Assembly: GCA_030167865.1 (NCBI GenBank)
Contig: JALAGF010003204.1
Coordinates: 1 to 64,000 of the forward strand
Direction: 5' to 3'
Length of the DNA: 64,000 nucleotides
Source of the DNA: Craspedostauros australis
Taxonomy: Eukaryota
Part shown: positions 60,184 to 64,000 of the stretch, one piece after another
Position numbering within the stretch: position 1 is the stretch's first letter
How the letters are laid out: every line of letters starts with the position of its first letter
Program-made: the position numbers and the translations under genes
Notes under the pieces: model-generated
Seen by the model: the letters and a program-made list of their open reading frames with translations, nothing else
Database searches by the model: none
Told to the model about the DNA's origin: nothing

Positions 60184-62186
60184 CTAAAGCAACAAAGCGA
60201 TGCCCGCTTGCAGAAGAAACGCCACGGATGCGCATGTCGACGCCAACGATGAAAGGCCAAACCACGTCGACGGAGGTGCCAGGATTGCTGTTGCGGAGGA
60301 AGTGGGCGTTGGCGCCGATGTCCCTGAGCCACCAATGCTTCGATCTGTCTGTTCTGTGTTACTTGGCGCATCGGTCGGGGGGTTTGAAGGTTTGTCCGAT
60401 GGGGCTGACGATGCCAGCGACGTTGGAGAACTACTGGGGGCTGAAGTTGGCTGGTGGGAAGGAGTTGGTGATGGCAGTCTGCTTGGAATCGACGTTGGGA
60501 CTGCCGTCGGCATTACTGACGGTGCTCGTGACGGCATCGTCGTTGGGGTTGATGAGGGAGCGCCGCTTGGGGTCGATGACGGCGAATCGCTGGGCGACGA
60601 CGACACAAAGGGTGATTCGAGGTTGCAGAATTCGATCTCTCCAATAAACGCGCTTCTGGAACTCGAAAAGAACGGTTGCGCATCGTCGGTGGCCTCCTCG
60701 CTCGAAGCACCGTAAAACACCGTGAAGTAGCAGCCGGGGCACTCCACGTTCTCATCCGGATGTTCGATGGCACCATTGGCGAATATGTCGGTGTCGTCGG
60801 ATGCCGTGTCAATTCTCAAAGCGATCACATCGTTCCTTTGTGACACCTCCAATGGCGAATCGAACGGGACGGAGTCTGTGAATTCCATCTCGCCTCTCCC
60901 GCGGACGCTTCCTGAAGCCACCTGCATCCAGCTGCCCGGTTCTTCCCACGTGCTGTTCCTCCACCAGATCGTGTATGGTTGGATGGAGGTATCCGGCAGG
61001 ACGAGCTTGAGGCCATTGATCTGAATGGCCTGGTGGACCTGGATGTCAAATCGAAACGATTGCACGTCGATCCCGCAGTAGCTCGTCGCAAACTCCGTGT
61101 GCCTCCAGAAACCACACGACAAGGTTGGCGAAGCAGATGATGATGGCGCCGCCGTTGGCGGTTCTGACGACTGGGAGGGCATCGCAGTCGGTGCGACTGA
61201 ATCCGTTGGAGCAAAGGTGACAGGCACACGCGTCCCGGTGTGGCAGAAGGTGAGAGCGCCCATGAAAGCGTCGAAGCTGCCTCTGTAGAGGGGCGCGGCA
61301 TTGGCCGTTGCCTGCGTGCTGGACATTCCGTACATCACCGTGAATGCTGCGGATCCACCCTCCACGAATGCGGCTGGATGCACGATGGGAGCACGACGAT
61401 CGAAGAAGCTGTTGGTGGATGTCGGTGTGTCGACGCGGAAGGCAATGATTCCGCTGCCGAAGGAGACTTCAAGCGGTTCATCGAATGGGATGCGATCCGT
61501 GTAAGCCGAGATTCCTTTCGCTACTACCATTCCCGATGCCAGCCTTGTCCAATTGCCGACCTCGTTCCACGTGCTGTCCCTCCACCAGATATTGTACGGC
61601 TGTTCGGATGTGCCCTGAAGAATGAGTTGCATCCCATCGAAGGAGATATCGTCATGAATCTCGACATCAAAACGAATGGAAGCAATATCGTCATCAAAGT
61701 ACAGTTCCGCGAACTGCGCATGCCTCCATTCGCCGCAACGCACAGTAGGTGCGGCGGAGCCTGTAGGTTCCATGGTTGGTGCTGTGCTGTTATCCTGCAA
61801 TGGTATTGAACGACGGTACATGATGCGCAACGGCATCGAGTGGAGCAGGGCGGAGTTGAACAGAAAGAGAGCGTGAGAAGACTTGCGGAAGTTGGGAAGA
61901 CTCCTCCTCCTCCTCCTCGCGCTCGTGTGTCATTGGTTGGAAGGTGAACTTTCGGGCTCATGAAGAATGGCAGGGATTCCTCCGCTCAACAATTCTGTCG
62001 CGGCGCTCGCACATGTTCACGATCATTCAACCACCATCATCGTCGTCATCGTCATCGTCGTCATCATCATGGTTGACGCTCTCCCTGGTTCGATGAACTC
62101 ACCTGTGACGATTCTGTGCTTGCAAGGAGACACAAGCACAACTGCGCGAATCCAACAGCCGAGTATCTCATCTTCGTGATCTTCAT
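60184..62186 (-). CDS. Secreted, probably GPI-anchored or C-terminally anchored protein with two tandem copies of an unrecognised ~170-aa domain; exons 62186-62103, 61794-60184
   Basis: Exon 1 encodes signal peptide MKITKMRYSAVGFAQLCLCLLASTESSQ, spliced in phase 0; duplicated CGxWRHxxFA...RFD...QPYxIWWRxSTWxExGxW...PFDxPLEVS...AFxGxxxFC; PS/PT stalk; hydrophobic C-terminus. Confidence 0.8.
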
Positions 62187-63659
62187 TCAGCTTGCTCCAA
62201 TCCGACTTTGTGAAGGATGGATACCTCTTCCAACGAATTGTGGCTTGCATCCATCATGTGCGGCAAAGCGCAACTTGTGCGCCACTCCTCGCTGCCGCTA
62301 CGTTTACGAGCGTGCGCAAGAGAAGAGAAGAAAAGAGAACACGATGGTGACCGTGTGAATGATTCACACCAGCCAGGCAGCGAAAGTCGTGATCGTCCTC
62401 CGAATCGCTGGGCGCCCATCACAAGAGTTTGTGAGCGACGGTTGTGCAGAGTACCGGACAGGTCGTGCGAAAGAAATAACGGTTGTGTAATCCCGAATTT
62501 TTTGGTTGGTGGGTCGCTAAATGGATGTGGGATTTGACGGCGCCAAATGACTAGGCGTGACACATGTGTGTGCAAGAGGTCACAGCGAAGCCTCCTTGGG
62601 GACAACAACATGTTCATGCGTTTCCATGACCCAAGTAACTGACCAAGCAACCCCCGTGTCCGTGAGATAGAGCATCATGGTGGTCGTGCGACGATCTACC
62701 TAATCCTGCCTGCAAGCAAGTGTAGGTGGCACGAGCTGCGGGTGACGCGACGCCGACAAGGTGAACATGCGCCAGAGTTGGCGATGCGACGATGTGTGGT
62801 ACATGTGAGTTGTGAGTGATACTCTCTCTCTCTCCCTCCATCTCTCTCGTCGTGGTTGGAGGTTGTTGGTGTCGGCCCGACTCATTCCTGGTAAGTGTCT
62901 GCCCGATTGGTATCCAACTTTGGTCGTGCGGTCCATCATGTGCTCACACCCTCTCTAGCTTTGTCATGCGGTGTAGATTGTGCAGCTTCTTCTTTTCTCC
63001 GAAATTGTAGGGAGAGCAACAACCGAACGAGGGAAAGGGCAGGGTAGCTGGTATTCTATGATAGAACATGAGTTGGCACAGGAGCCATGCATTATACAAT
63101 ATTAGAATAGAACACAATACACTATGGTACAATACAGTACATCACGAGTCGCAAAGACCCATCCATTGATGACAATGCGTGAAGCATGCGCCGTGATGCG
63201 ATTCGATGGATCACTGCATATTATGATAGGTCGTACGACACCAAGTTCGTTGAATGATGTACCTACTCTGTCTTTCCAGAGAGAGAAAAGCCAATGGGCT
63301 GAAGTAGGGAGGGAGTGTAGGCGTGGATTGTTGCATGGGAGGTTTTCGCTCTCGTCTCCAATTCGCTTTTTCGTGTTGGCACCAGTTCGCCATGTCTCCC
63401 GCCACGAGAGTCACGAACACAGAGCTTGAAGCAGGCGGACATCAGAATTGCTTCTGTGTGGGCGCGGATACCCACTCTCGGTGGCAGGTATTTGCATGAC
63501 CGAGAGGGAACGTCCAGAAGCAGAACAAGAGAGAGACCGAGTGAGGAGACAGACAGGACACCAACAACATCAACGAAGGACATCTGCCTCTGGAGAGGAG
63601 GAGGAAACATCACGACGAACAGGGTTTCATTCAAATCAGCAATCGCATCCTCGAAAGCC

Positions 63660-63712
63660 ATTGCAACAGCAATAGCAGCAAGAGCAATAGCAATAGCAAG
63701 AGCAATAGCAAC
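63660..63712. repeat. Imperfect (GCAATA/GCAAGA)n microsatellite
   Basis: gcaacagcaatagcagcaagagcaatagcaatagcaagagcaatagcaacaa. Confidence 0.7.
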
Positions 63713-64000
63713 AAGAGAAGGAGCCGAAGTGAAGGAAGAGGAAAGCAGCAACAGAGCAAAAGGCATCCGCAAAAGAGGGATTGGAGATCAGGAAAACGGG
63801 AAAGCCAGAGAACACACGCGCACTTGTGCTGGCGGAGCACTCCTCACTTCACTCCATCTCACTTCAATTGGCTCCACTCTATCCATCTTTACTTGAGATA
63901 ATCCATCCAAGCACATAGTCGTAGGCACAAGCCATCACACACGCCATCGCGAGTCCTTGTAAGTGCAGGTGCAAGCGGAAGTGGAAGCGCAAGTCGAATA

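Noticed and set aside
63263-63896. Hydrophobic or poly-Leu ORFs near the window end
   Set aside because: The apparent TM segments derive from a hexamer microsatellite; no other coding support

Overview
This is eukaryotic DNA with GT-AG introns and no operons. It most likely comes from a pennate diatom, judged from ASAFAP-type plastid targeting signals, LRG/RxL pro-peptide motifs and a CoDi-like Copia remnant. The window opens with a decayed Copia gag flanked by two inverted copies of one LTR-like end. Housekeeping genes are scattered throughout: a GT-A-like glycosyltransferase, EMC10, a METTL21-like methyltransferase, a YccU-like CoA-binding protein, a SET-domain protein, dienelactone hydrolase, PET117, DPH1, Josephin, AP sigma, RCHY1/Pirh2 and GMP synthase. 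A same-strand cluster of single-pass surface proteins spans about 16-45 kb, with LRR or Cys-rich ectodomains and mucin-like stalks; three members end in a SKICH-like domain, and several share a cytoplasmic motif. The most striking gene is 55880-58828 (-): a Venus-flytrap (ANF-receptor-type) ectodomain, one transmembrane helix, a coiled coil, WWE, SH3 and a PARP catalytic domain, i.e. a candidate receptor ADP-ribosyltransferase. An organelle-targeted protein with a PcfJ-like C-terminus is also unusual. All domain calls were made by eye from motifs; no database searches were run.
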